In this document: piece after piece, positions 11,144 through 20,658 of the stretch
Layout of the letters: each line of letters opens with the position of its first letter
Numbering within the stretch: the stretch's first letter is position 1
Origin: an uncultured delta proteobacterium
GTDB lineage: Bacteria > Desulfobacterota > BSN033 > UBA1163
Direction of reading: 5' to 3'
Length of the DNA: 64,000 nucleotides
Assembly: GCA_963827685.1 (NCBI GenBank)
Contig: CAWHBU010000002.1
Location: 64,001 to 128,000, forward strand
Notes under the pieces: model-generated
What the model saw: only the letters and a program-made list of their open reading frames with translations
Told to the model about the DNA's origin: nothing
Database searches by the model: none
Position numbers and translations under genes: made by a program

Positions 11144-11453
11144 AAAAAATATCCAAGAAAATTGGTCTAAGAAAAGTAAGGAGACCTGCCAAGCGTATTT
11201 TTTTTATCCCTTACCATTTCTCCTCTTCTACTCCTTATATCTTCTTCTCTTATCTTTTATGGGCAAAAACTAATCCAACAAAAAAGTTGAAGTTAAAAGA
11301 TTTATTCTAAATCCATAAGGAGAGAGAAGAAAAATGGTACAAGAAAAAACCGACCCATAGGGAAGGTTTTTTGATTTAAGTCCTTTATATTTATTATTAT
11401 ATATTGTTGTTTTAGGATCTTGAATGATTTGATAAGGTTATATCGGTTTTTGT

Positions 11454-11512
11454 TTTACAGACCTCCAATCTTTCTTTACGGACCCTCAATCTATTTTTAC
11501 GGACCCTCAATC
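11454..11512. repeat. Three iteron-like direct repeats (putative origin)
   Basis: TTTACAGACCTCCAATC (11454), TTTACGGACCCTCAATC (11475) and TTTACGGACCCTCAATC (11496): exact 21-bp period. An AT-rich tract lies at ~11370-11412 and the rep-like gene stop is adjacent. Confidence 0.75.
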
Positions 11513-11517
11513 CCTTG

Positions 11518-12699
11518 CTAAGTCTCAGAAGATTCTACTATCTCTTTGGATCTGAGTTTACTTTTATCGCGTAGAAATATTTTGTATTTTCCCCCCGATA
11601 GACCCACCTTCTTCTCATATGACAAAATCAGTCTATTCTTTTGTAGGGGCTTTAAAGAGTTTCCCTCAATAGTGGTCATCAAGTTTGTTCTGTTCTTATC
11701 CTGAAGATTCAAATTGGCCGCAATGGTATCGAGACTAAGCTCAATGGAGGCATAATTGTGATGAAGAAGGAATCGTCTGTAAAACATTTGAGCAGATTGA
11801 GGGAGATCGTAAAGGCTGTTGTCCACCCAGTCATATCCTTTTGTCAGAAGGTTATGGACGAAAAGTTCTCCAAGGATCGTATTGAAAAAAATGAAGTAAG
11901 TCCTGTTTTGGACGATTCCATCATTTCTTTCTGTTTCCCTGTAACCCATTTCAAAGAACCTGCTAAATAGGTTCATACAATACCATTTCTCTTTTATTCC
12001 ACTTTTCCCCTCTTCCCGCATTCGGACAGGGAAAGCTATCCTAAATTCTACCCTCGAAGTTTCGAGCAGGAGATTGAGGATCTCATTGGAATGCATCTTA
12101 TTCTTTCCCGTAAACTTCCGAAAATAACGGTCATCGAATTTTACGCAATATCTGTGACTTTTCAGAGCTTCCTCAAGCAGAAATTCGTCTCCTTCTTCCT
12201 TACCTTCTCGGTTTAACTCCATCTCGCGTGCTTTGATGCTCTCAAAGTTATCAAAGACATTAAATTTCTCTTCGGGAAGTTGGTCACCTCCTTCTTTTAA
12301 TAAGAAGAAGTAACCCAGCACATCCATGACCATATCGTTTCTGGCATCCCAGTAGCCGTTAATGGAGCAAACGTGTTTCGTTTTTTCTGACATCCATTCA
12401 AAGGGAAATTGAATCTCACTGCCTCCTTTTTTGACAACGGGAACAATGGATTTATTAATGCCTCTTTCGGAGATATTGAGCCAGCTTCCTTTCTTAGATA
12501 ATTTCGCAATGGTCTGGGAGATAGAGTTCATAAGACGGATATACATGGCATCTTCCAACAAAAGATCCTTAAGCCCCTTAAGTGATTCGTGTTTCATTTC
12601 GAGATCTTTTAGGTCTGCGTTCTGATACTTGGGAAACGGAATGCCCAAATACTCTGTCCGAATCTTCCAATAAATTTCCTTTGCTTCTTGCTTTGTCAT
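11518..12699 (-). CDS. Putative replication initiator (Rep-like, C-terminal winged helix)
   Basis: 393 aa; overlaps the primase-helicase stop (ATGA) and ends beside the iterons. C-terminal IELSLDTIAANLNL...LKPLQKNRLILSYE resembles a Rep wHTH (inference). Confidence 0.55.
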   Translation of the reverse strand: MTKQEAKEIYWKIRTEYLGIPFPKYQNADLKDLEMKHESLKGLKDLLLEDAMYIRLMNSISQTIAKLSKKGSWLNISERGINKSIVPVVKKGGSEIQFPFEWMSEKTKHVCSINGYWDARNDMVMDVLGYFFLLKEGGDQLPEEKFNVFDNFESIKAREMELNREGKEEGDEFLLEEALKSHRYCVKFDDRYFRKFTGKNKMHSNEILNLLLETSRVEFRIAFPVRMREEGKSGIKEKWYCMNLFSRFFEMGYRETERNDGIVQNRTYFIFFNTILGELFVHNLLTKGYDWVDNSLYDLPQSAQMFYRRFLLHHNYASIELSLDTIAANLNLQDKNRTNLMTTIEGNSLKPLQKNRLILSYEKKVGLSGGKYKIFLRDKSKLRSKEIVESSET

Positions 12700-14573
12700 G
12701 GTTTCCCCTGTCCAAATATTGAAGTTTTCTTGACAGTTTTATTAGTCGGGCGATCTGTCACCACCATGTACTCCTTGTCTACTCTTAAAGGGATCTTGCC
12801 AGTGAAACCGGTCCCTCTCTTTGCCTTAAAAATTATGAGGTCTATGATTCCATCGTGGTGAATTATATTTTCCCAATCTTGCTTAAGTTGATATCCTCCT
12901 TCGGTCTCCTCAACCGGGGCAAGAATGCCCAACCAACTTGCTTCGTATTCAATCATCCCGGTTTCCTTGAACGACCCCATGCCCAGTTTTTGACCAAATT
13001 TATATGAGTCTCTTGCAAGCTCAGAAATGGCAACAATAGGAATATTTTGAGACTTGGCAAGGTTCGTCAGGTTAGAGACAATGTCATCGATTCGAAGTCT
13101 TTCATCCTGAAACTTCCTCTTTGTCCTGAGCTTACGAAGATAATCAACGATGATGACAGGTGGCCGATTATTCTTCTTTTTTATTTGCCCAACAAGATCA
13201 TCCCATTCTTCCACGGGTAATATCTCTTCAATAATATATTTCAAATCCATGACCTTCCTTATATGAGGGGCATTGCAGAGCTCCCTGATCTTCGGTTGTG
13301 ATTTCAGGTTGAAAGTCTGGATTCGCAATTCACCTAACCTTGCTAAAGTTCTGTATCGTAATTCAGTTCGGCCATCATCATAGCTAAAGAAGAGAACCGG
13401 GGTACCATTCAGGCAAATGTTATCTGCCATGTTATTCGCCAAAACCGTTTTTCCTGAAGAAGGAATACCTCCAAGAACATAGAGTCTTCCCCCGATCAAT
13501 CCACCATTCATTCTCTTTTCGAGGATAGCCAGGTTTGTCCCGGCGAATGGGATGCGCACGTAATTTTCTTCATATTCTTTAATTAGCAGTTGAGGATTAT
13601 CAAGGAGGCTGTCAATCTCAATAATGCTCCTATGGTCATTCTTCGATTCCATGACTTTGACAGATTCAAAGGTTTTTCTGAGTTCATTAAGATCAATAGG
13701 AGGTTTATTTTTCAGGTTCCAGGTAATGATAAGTTCCCAGGCCTCTGATTCATCTATTCCCTTTTTCAAGAAGTGTCCAATCAACCGGGTTGCAGTCTGA
13801 TTCCTTTCTCCCTCGCTACATCCACTTCTAATGACTTCCACCCACATGTCTTGAGGTTGTCTTTTTTCGGATTCATTCCTTTCATTCCTAGAAGCAGCTT
13901 TGGGTTCTTTGTCTTTCTTGTTCTCAGACGATTGGTTACTGATCCCTCTAAGATATTCGAGCATCCATCCGGTACATTCAGTCGGCTCAAGATCAAATAT
14001 TGAAGCTCCTTCTTCCCATTGATATTGACCTCCAGATCCATGAATTGAAGGAGGAGCAACCACATAACCACCATCGGCTCTTATATCTATCGTTAATTCT
14101 TTCTTTACTTGATTTCCAATATGCCCAATTCCTGGGTACTTCATAAAAATGTGCGACCCTTTTCCGGTTTTTGAGCGAGGGGTCTTCGGGAATCCTCCTC
14201 TTTCGGTTGCGTACTCCATAGCCTTTTGGGAATCGAGATCAAACACAACGAGGTTAGATATCTTGCCGGTAATGATCGCTATGTTAGCAAAGGGATTCTC
14301 GGTAAACCACTGTGTGACCTCTTCAACGGTGGGTAATCTCGCTTGGTATTCTTTCCAGGTGTAAAGCACAGGACTCTTGCAGAGGTCAATAAAGAGTTTC
14401 TTATAAACTTCGTCATTCGAGAGCGGAATCTCCTTCTCAGAATTTTCTTGGAACTTCTTTTCTAACTTGCCTTTGAAGCGCTCTGGATTATTCCTAATCA
14501 TTTCTGGACTCCACAGTGGCATCACAGAAACTCCTCTTTTTAAATAGGCTAAAGCGATTTCAAGATTATTCAT
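12696..14573 (-). CDS. Prim-Pol primase + PriCT + DnaB-like (SF4) helicase fusion
   Basis: NIAIITG..LVVFDLD, TGKGSHIF, DIRADGGYVVAPPSIH; EGERNQ (PriCT-like); GGIPSSGKT (Walker A), IIVDYL (Walker B). GGAGG precedes ATG 14573. Confidence 0.88.
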   Translation of the reverse strand: MNNLEIALAYLKRGVSVMPLWSPEMIRNNPERFKGKLEKKFQENSEKEIPLSNDEVYKKLFIDLCKSPVLYTWKEYQARLPTVEEVTQWFTENPFANIAIITGKISNLVVFDLDSQKAMEYATERGGFPKTPRSKTGKGSHIFMKYPGIGHIGNQVKKELTIDIRADGGYVVAPPSIHGSGGQYQWEEGASIFDLEPTECTGWMLEYLRGISNQSSENKKDKEPKAASRNERNESEKRQPQDMWVEVIRSGCSEGERNQTATRLIGHFLKKGIDESEAWELIITWNLKNKPPIDLNELRKTFESVKVMESKNDHRSIIEIDSLLDNPQLLIKEYEENYVRIPFAGTNLAILEKRMNGGLIGGRLYVLGGIPSSGKTVLANNMADNICLNGTPVLFFSYDDGRTELRYRTLARLGELRIQTFNLKSQPKIRELCNAPHIRKVMDLKYIIEEILPVEEWDDLVGQIKKKNNRPPVIIVDYLRKLRTKRKFQDERLRIDDIVSNLTNLAKSQNIPIVAISELARDSYKFGQKLGMGSFKETGMIEYEASWLGILAPVEETEGGYQLKQDWENIIHHDGIIDLIIFKAKRGTGFTGKIPLRVDKEYMVVTDRPTNKTVKKTSIFGQGKP

Positions 14574-14603
14574 AATGTGTACCTCCATTAACCGATTCCC
14601 TTT

Positions 14604-14930
14604 TTAGTAAATGTCGAAACCGCCAGAGTCCCGGCAAAACTCGAGAAACTTTTTGACATTCTCTTTAGTAAAATGTACGTGCATGTTGACAATCGAAAGC
14701 TCAATTCTAAATCGCTCTACAACCCCTTGGTCGATCAAAGCCTCAAGTCTGTCCGCAATTGCATTTGCTGTTTCACTACTGATTATTTTCCCGTAATTTG
14801 AATGCCACCCTTGTCTTTCATCTTCCTTGATCACGTCCCCACACATGTCAAAAAGAAAATCTGTAAGCAGTCGCCACGAACGCGTGTTGAGGTGAAAGTG
14901 GTTTTCGTTCACTCCTTCAAGGGCGGGCAT
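14604..14930 (-). CDS. Hypothetical phage/element protein
   Basis: AGGAGG RBS before ATG 14930; lies in the operon; ends FLEFCRDSGGFDIY. Confidence 0.65.
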   Translation of the reverse strand: MPALEGVNENHFHLNTRSWRLLTDFLFDMCGDVIKEDERQGWHSNYGKIISSETANAIADRLEALIDQGVVERFRIELSIVNMHVHFTKENVKKFLEFCRDSGGFDIY

Positions 14931-15664
14931 ATTTTTTGTGCCTCCTGTTGGCAATTTGGATCTTTAATTGGCTCTTGTTCCAGCAAGTTGCAAATGCCTT
15001 TTGTAGTCCTTGGGTACTCCTGTATTTCCTTTGGCCAGTGAAGATTTCCTTTGAGGAATAAAGGAATTCCTTCGGCCCCAGCATTTTCAATAATTGAAAC
15101 GATCCATTCACTCTCGGGCCTAATTTTTCCTTTCCTGTTCCCGGTCTCCGCTCCGACAATTAGCCAGTCAATTCCCTCTTTAGAAAACCAGAAATCTATT
15201 TTTTCATGGATAGGTTCAATGGAGACAAACTTGATATTGGGGTTCTTTAAATTGGCTAAAGTATGGACTCGGTGACAATCCCTAGTAGTCGAGATAGATG
15301 TGCCTAGCCAGACATTTTCTGAGTATTCGAATTTGACATAACCCTCCGGCCTTTTTGAGAGCACCTGAAACGTATGCTGGGAGCACTCTCTCATTTTCTC
15401 TATAATCTTTCTTACCCATTCATCTTCAACTCCTTCACCGTTCCAATCTGCCATCGAATCCATAAATATCCTTGCTGGCTTCTGGGTGGGTTTCAAATAA
15501 TTCAGTCTCTCAAGGTGAGCATGCGGGACGAATTGATAGCACAGGTTGCATCTATGTTGTTGCCTTTTGGCCTGTCTCCTAGCATAACAAAAGCTGCACT
15601 TGTGGGGACATCCTACAATGGGATTCAGGGTGTAATCACACCATTCTATTTTCGTCGCATTCAT
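14909..15664 (-). CDS. DUF5131 (phage Gp37/Gp68-like) radical-SAM-like protein
   Basis: TKIEWCDYTLNPIVGCPHKCSFCYA (CxxxCxxC), HTFQVLSKRP, NVWLGTS, FVSIEP, IDWLIVGAETG. Confidence 0.88.
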   Translation of the reverse strand: MNATKIEWCDYTLNPIVGCPHKCSFCYARRQAKRQQHRCNLCYQFVPHAHLERLNYLKPTQKPARIFMDSMADWNGEGVEDEWVRKIIEKMRECSQHTFQVLSKRPEGYVKFEYSENVWLGTSISTTRDCHRVHTLANLKNPNIKFVSIEPIHEKIDFWFSKEGIDWLIVGAETGNRKGKIRPESEWIVSIIENAGAEGIPLFLKGNLHWPKEIQEYPRTTKGICNLLEQEPIKDPNCQQEAQKICPPLKE

Positions 15665-15924
15665 CTTTGGTTTCCTCCTACGTTCTCATTGGGACTTACC
15701 TCTTTGATTTTTTTAGCTTTTAATAAAGCACCGTCATTTCCATCCTTGCTCTGCTCCTGGTTTAAACTGTCTACGTATTCACAGATGATTTCTCGACATA
15801 TTGTAGCAACTCGTGTCTGATCGGTCGGGTTTTTTAGAATACGATTCGCTACCATCCTGGCCAAACAGGCATAATGAATCACCGGAAGAGAAACAAGTAC
15901 GGTGTGTTTTGGGTCCTCGGGCAT
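15661..15924 (-). CDS. Ribbon-helix-helix-like small regulator
   Basis: AGGAGG RBS; TVLVSLP beta-ribbon pattern followed by two helices (..VATICREIICEYV). Confidence 0.5.
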   Translation of the reverse strand: MPEDPKHTVLVSLPVIHYACLARMVANRILKNPTDQTRVATICREIICEYVDSLNQEQSKDGNDGALLKAKKIKEVSPNENVGGNQR

Positions 15925-16299
15925 ATAAACACCTCCTATTGTAATTTATATATATGTTCGGTATTCATATGAAGATTAGAAAATAGAATCATTCTGACTT
16001 CGGAATCCGTGTCTGGTCGCAATCAAATAATCAAGATGCGTTATTATCCGTGTGAGCGACTTGGACATGTCAACATTATGAATGAGTTCAAACATTTCAG
16101 TAATAGATTAGGTATGAAAGAAAAAGGGCCGATTCAAGGTGAGAATTGGCCCTTACACAACTGGCTTAAGGCATTGCAAGGAATTTGTTGACTTCAGTAT
16201 ATCGATCCCGTAACATTCACTCCCGATCGGAAAAGTACGGGAACCACCGATATTACAGTCGCCCTAATTATTCCGTAGATAATAATGTTCGTGTTAAGG

Positions 16300-17046
16300 T
16301 TAGGGTTCTTCTTCAGCTATCTCTTCAATAAGCTGGCTTCTGCCATAGAAAATAACACTAATTTTACCAACTAAGGTTTTGAACTTATTAACACACAAAG
16401 TTTCCTGGACGTTATACATCTTAAAAAGAATATCCCCGTCATGGTCAATGAGAAAAGGGGTGACAACTACGTTTGCAAAACACTTCAAGGGTCTCCTAAT
16501 TGGAATCCCGCGTTCTATGCCGGAATACTGGTCCTTACTTGTAGTTGTCGAAACGATTGAAGCGTTATCCCCCTCAAAACATATTTGAAAGCTAATGACA
16601 TGGAACTGCCTCTGTATGACTTTCATTAATTTCGAGGTTTCTTTGCTTATTGCATATTCAAGAATCACATCTTCCTCTCTTAAGGTGAATATTTTGGCCA
16701 GCTCTTGACTCGACATGAACTTATTGTCCAGGAAGTCCATTCGAGGGTTAACGAACTTAAATATTGAGCGCTCCCCCGAGAAGGAAATACTGTTGTCAGT
16801 GGAGTTTATCTTAACTTCATGCCCAGATAGGCCTTTCAGTAGTGGTAACTTCTGCTTGAGATTGGATAAGACAATATCGTAGTCTGAAACCAATGGAGTA
16901 AGATCCATCTCAATTATATTCTCTCTTAAGTTTGTCCTTTGCCTTAAAATGCCTTCTCGAATATCCACATCGTTGCAATCGTCTTGAAGCAGGGATAAGC
17001 ATCTTAGGAAATTAGAAAAGTCGGTTGGATGAATTGTTAGTTCCAT
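16300..17046 (-). CDS. Hypothetical protein, PCNA/gp45-like sliding-clamp candidate
   Basis: 248 aa from ATG 17046 (AAAGGA RBS). The N-terminal pattern resembles PCNA; acidic tail; replication-module context. Confidence 0.55.
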   Translation of the reverse strand: MELTIHPTDFSNFLRCLSLLQDDCNDVDIREGILRQRTNLRENIIEMDLTPLVSDYDIVLSNLKQKLPLLKGLSGHEVKINSTDNSISFSGERSIFKFVNPRMDFLDNKFMSSQELAKIFTLREEDVILEYAISKETSKLMKVIQRQFHVISFQICFEGDNASIVSTTTSKDQYSGIERGIPIRRPLKCFANVVVTPFLIDHDGDILFKMYNVQETLCVNKFKTLVGKISVIFYGRSQLIEEIAEEEP

Positions 17047-17199
17047 TTTTTGTATTCCTTTCTGCCCGTCACGCCGATGGCCCAGCATGCGACCAGGATG
17101 TTACAAAATACGCAGGCGCCTGCGTATTTCATTCTCCTGATGCTAAGATAAGAGGCCCCGATCACGGCGACTGACATCCGTGACAGGGGCCGGTTGAAT

Positions 17200-18120
17200 T
17201 TAGGCAGCTTCTGCTTCTTCAATGTTCATGGTGGCTGCCGTTTGCAGTTCGGTCAACTTTTCGATCAATTCATTAATAAAATCGGGTTCAATCTTTGAAA
17301 TTTGATCCGGACATTTCAGAATATCATCCACCATCCCAATCATTTCGTTGGAAAGGGTAATAAAGTCGTTCGTCTTATCTTCGACTGTTGGTTCACTCTC
17401 CTCTTTCTCTTGCCTCATTGATGAGGGGTCTCTTAGATATGCTTCAGGGTCCCCTCCATCTCGTTGGATGTTAGAAAGCCTTTTTAGGAACCCTTTGTCG
17501 AAGCTTTTACCCTCCCGGGTCGCAGTTTCAACCACTTCAGGGCTTACCTGAATATGCCGTCTTTCAAGCTTTTCTCGGTTAAGTGCCGTGTCCACTTGGA
17601 CTTTAAATTCTTCAAGATCCACGTCAGCGGTTTCATCCACTGCGATCCCATGTCTCGACATAAAGCTGCCAATCGGGTTTTCCGCATCAGAATCCTTAGT
17701 GGCTGAACAAAGCATTTCTAGCCTATCGACTCCGAGGCGGGTATGTTGGTGACAATCGTGGCGTTTTGCCAGGAACATATATTTCTGCCTATTCCGCTTG
17801 CCAATAAAGGGCAGATTCTGCTCAGCCCACTCTTCCCAGCTTTCATCGGACATTTTAACCAGGGACTTCAGCTCATTCAGGGCCGATCCCAGCCTTATAC
17901 GCCTTTCAGCTATCTCCTTGCTCGTATGGCTAGCAAAGAGGTTATACTCGGTGGCCATGGCCCTAATCTGCTCAATCTTCTCCTTGATCAGGTCGATGGG
18001 TGTTTCCTCTTCAGTGTGGGTATTAATTGGTTCAACAGATTGTTTTTCTTCGTTCAAAAGTGGCATTGCCTTGAATGGATTTGAATCATCAGCAACGTAT
18101 TGAGTAGTTTCATATTCCAT
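17200..18120 (-). CDS. DUF3102-like protein
   Basis: IRLGSALNELK...WEEWAEQNLPFIGKRNRQKYMFLA matches the DUF3102 pattern; AAAGGAG RBS. Confidence 0.6.
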   Translation of the reverse strand: MEYETTQYVADDSNPFKAMPLLNEEKQSVEPINTHTEEETPIDLIKEKIEQIRAMATEYNLFASHTSKEIAERRIRLGSALNELKSLVKMSDESWEEWAEQNLPFIGKRNRQKYMFLAKRHDCHQHTRLGVDRLEMLCSATKDSDAENPIGSFMSRHGIAVDETADVDLEEFKVQVDTALNREKLERRHIQVSPEVVETATREGKSFDKGFLKRLSNIQRDGGDPEAYLRDPSSMRQEKEESEPTVEDKTNDFITLSNEMIGMVDDILKCPDQISKIEPDFINELIEKLTELQTAATMNIEEAEAA

Positions 18121-18279
18121 GTGACTTTCTCCTTTCATAATTTTTGGTTAAAAGTGATTTGGACAACTGGCCAATCCCATTGGGAATGACCACCTCTGCC
18201 TCATGCTTTCAATGAATTTAGAGACGCGGCACCACCCCTTTCGTATTCAGTAGTTAAGACCATTTGTTTTGCCAGCCGA

Positions 18280-18468
18280 TCAAGAGCTAATAGCTTCGAA
18301 CCAGGGCCTTTTACTTAATCCCTCCAGCACGTCGTAGCCCACCGTTCTTGTGCAGGTGGGGCACCACTTTCGCTGAAACTTTTCCGGTACTTTTGGGCAT
18401 TCCGGGCATGCCACTCTATGAAGCTTCTCGAGGCACTCCACCGTTGCGTCGTGAGTATTGTTCGCCAT
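18280..18468 (-). CDS. Small Cys-rich (Zn-finger-like) protein
   Basis: AAAGGAGGT RBS; CPEC...CPTC. Confidence 0.6.
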   Translation of the reverse strand: MANNTHDATVECLEKLHRVACPECPKVPEKFQRKWCPTCTRTVGYDVLEGLSKRPWFEAISS

Positions 18469-18491
18469 TTTGGCACCTCCTTTCTATCGCT

Positions 18492-18523
18492 TTTAAAAAC
18501 AATTACTGATCACACCCGGTCAG
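18492..18523 (-). promoter_or_regulatory. Element box copy 1 (CTGACCGGGTGTGATCAGTAATT)
   Basis: 21/23 identical to 20659-20681; upstream of the RBS of the gene starting at 18468. Confidence 0.6.
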
Positions 18524-18621
18524 CTTTTTTCGGTGGCGGCATATGAAAAAGTCATGAAGCAGAGATCAACAATTAACAGGGAACCATCGTCTCTCGTCTC
18601 GTTGCGATTCTGAATTTCCAT
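18520..18621 (-). CDS. 33-aa small ORF (MEIQNRNETRDDGSLLIVDLCFMTFSYAATEKS)
   Basis: AAAGGAG RBS; preceded by box copy 2; below the ORF-track cutoff. Confidence 0.35.
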   Translation of the reverse strand: MEIQNRNETRDDGSLLIVDLCFMTFSYAATEKS

Positions 18622-18653
18622 AGCGACCACTCCTTTCCCAGGGTTCTGAAAAG

Positions 18654-18676
18654 AATTACTGGTCAAGGGTGGTCAC
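18654..18676 (-). promoter_or_regulatory. Element box copy 2 (GTGACCACCCTTGACCAGTAATT)
   Basis: Keeps TGACC-N5-TGRYCAGTAATT; same orientation relative to its downstream ORF. Confidence 0.5.
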
Positions 18677-18731
18677 TTATCTGATGGTTTTGAGATTGGG
18701 AGAAAATTAAAAGGTTGGAATGAAGGGGTGG

Positions 18732-20600
18732 TTAGGAGTCATTTCTGGAATAGAAGCCGGCAATTTCTTGAGCAATTTTTGGGATATCAGTTATCTCGAA
18801 AAGGTTTGCGGACCCAAATTTTTCAAACGGTATGCGATTCTCCTTGATCAATTTATTCAGGATGTTCCTCAGGGCTGTCCTGCTATATTTCTTTAGATTT
18901 ATTCCCATTCTCTTATTTAAACCTGATCGAAAGACATCGTTTTGAAGCTTCTCAATGAGTTGATTTTGACTGAGGTATCCTTCCTTGTGATGTTCCTTCC
19001 TGTCTTTCATATCTCTCATGATCTTTATGATCTCAGCCTCAAAAAGGTCGTTAAAACCCCGGATGCCGCTCGGCCGATCTGGGTGAACAGGCAATTGAAT
19101 TTTCCCTTTCTTTATTTTTCTCCGCCATCTCCTAAATGTTGCAGAAGACATTCCGTCTCCGTAGAGATCTTTCAATTTTTGGCTGTAAATTTTATCAGTG
19201 ATCGTCTTGGAAACATTAGAGATAATCTTAAAAAGATAATGGATGATTTTTTCCGGATTACCAGTCAGTCTATACGTTTTTAGTAATCCAATGGCCCCCA
19301 TTTTTTTCTCAAAATCTTCTATCACCGTAGATTCCTTCAAGACAGGTATCTTCTTTGAAGATTCTTCGCGATCTCTTTGACCCACATCAATTTCTTCTCT
19401 GCCAGGGATATCTGAGTCTCCATCATCCCCTTGTTTTAAGGATTCGCTGTCAGAATCGGAACCCCCTGGTTTGGTCTCTGGCTTTATCTTTCCACCCCAT
19501 TTTCCTAAGAGCTCCTGTCTTCTTAAATTCTTAATAATCTCCTCTCTGGGGTCATAAAATGGTTCCTGCGATTTTGTTACACCTTTTCCTTCTTCACGGT
19601 CATAAGACTCCTTTTTATTTTCGGAGTCCATCAGAGGAGTTATTGGGTAATCCAAAATCTTTTCTCTTTTTTCAACGATCGGTATCACAGCATGTCTCAC
19701 AAATTCACTGAAATCCGGGAAAAAGTTTTCGAAGACGGAAAACTCCTTTTGAATATAGTCACGCAAATCTTCTACATTTTTGATTAGCAGGACCTGTCTT
19801 TCCAACTCGGAATAGATCACAGAGTGCATGAGATAGCTACGGGCCTCTTCAAGACCTTCCTCCTGATAATTGCCAACGATATTGAGCAGATCAATCATAC
19901 CCACAACAATCACAACCCAATAGCACTCAACCAGGAGGTTATAAAGGCGTTTCCATACCGAGATTATAAGGTCATCCCTTTGGTCCGGCGGGACTGAAGC
20001 AGGAACTGGATATTGGAGAAAGGGCGGCAATAATGCGCGATTCTCCTCGGATTGAAAAAAATCGTTGATCCCGGTCATAAGGATATACATGTTGTGAAGA
20101 GAAGGTAAGGGCATATCCTTCTCCTTGCTGATTTCAATTAACTCTTTAACGAAATCTTCTGAAAGAGACAGAATTTTCTGAACCACCCAGGATTTCTTTT
20201 GGGAATAGTAGTCTTTGGTCATCTTGAAAAACACCACCGGGTCTCTGTCTTTGGAAACCCAGCTCATGAACTCATCCTCATCCTTTTTATACACCGGGTC
20301 TTGAGCATCCATGGACATTGGCAAGAATTGAATTTTTTGGTTGGACAATGGGAAAGGGTGGTTAACCAGATCAACAGGCTCTTTTGTTTCATTGGATATG
20401 GCATAAGCATCTAGAATTCCTTTAAGCTGAATAGAAAACTCACGGCTGATGCAGTCATGAAGGAACATGATGTAGTGATTATTCTTACCCAATTCAGGTA
20501 AGAAACCCATCAGCTTTCTTTTAAAATCCTCGGTTATCTCGTTCTTCTTTTCACTCATAAGATCCTTCCTATAATCAGAATAATTCAACTTTCTTTGCAA
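18732..20600 (-). CDS. Large hypothetical protein with C-terminal tandem HTH-like domains
   Basis: 622 aa; SSATFRRWRRKIKKG and RTALRNILNKLIKENRIPFEKFGSANLF resemble MerR/Xis winged HTHs. Confidence 0.7.
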   Translation of the reverse strand: MQRKLNYSDYRKDLMSEKKNEITEDFKRKLMGFLPELGKNNHYIMFLHDCISREFSIQLKGILDAYAISNETKEPVDLVNHPFPLSNQKIQFLPMSMDAQDPVYKKDEDEFMSWVSKDRDPVVFFKMTKDYYSQKKSWVVQKILSLSEDFVKELIEISKEKDMPLPSLHNMYILMTGINDFFQSEENRALLPPFLQYPVPASVPPDQRDDLIISVWKRLYNLLVECYWVVIVVGMIDLLNIVGNYQEEGLEEARSYLMHSVIYSELERQVLLIKNVEDLRDYIQKEFSVFENFFPDFSEFVRHAVIPIVEKREKILDYPITPLMDSENKKESYDREEGKGVTKSQEPFYDPREEIIKNLRRQELLGKWGGKIKPETKPGGSDSDSESLKQGDDGDSDIPGREEIDVGQRDREESSKKIPVLKESTVIEDFEKKMGAIGLLKTYRLTGNPEKIIHYLFKIISNVSKTITDKIYSQKLKDLYGDGMSSATFRRWRRKIKKGKIQLPVHPDRPSGIRGFNDLFEAEIIKIMRDMKDRKEHHKEGYLSQNQLIEKLQNDVFRSGLNKRMGINLKKYSRTALRNILNKLIKENRIPFEKFGSANLFEITDIPKIAQEIAGFYSRNDS

Positions 20601-20658
20601 ATCAACCCGATCGCCTCAAAGCCCTTAAGCCTGAGAAGCATATTTCAATAAGGGATGA

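Noticed and set aside
11454-11512. Repeats as a CRISPR array
   Set aside because: Units are nearly tandem (4-nt gaps), with no spacers and no cas genes. They fit iterons.
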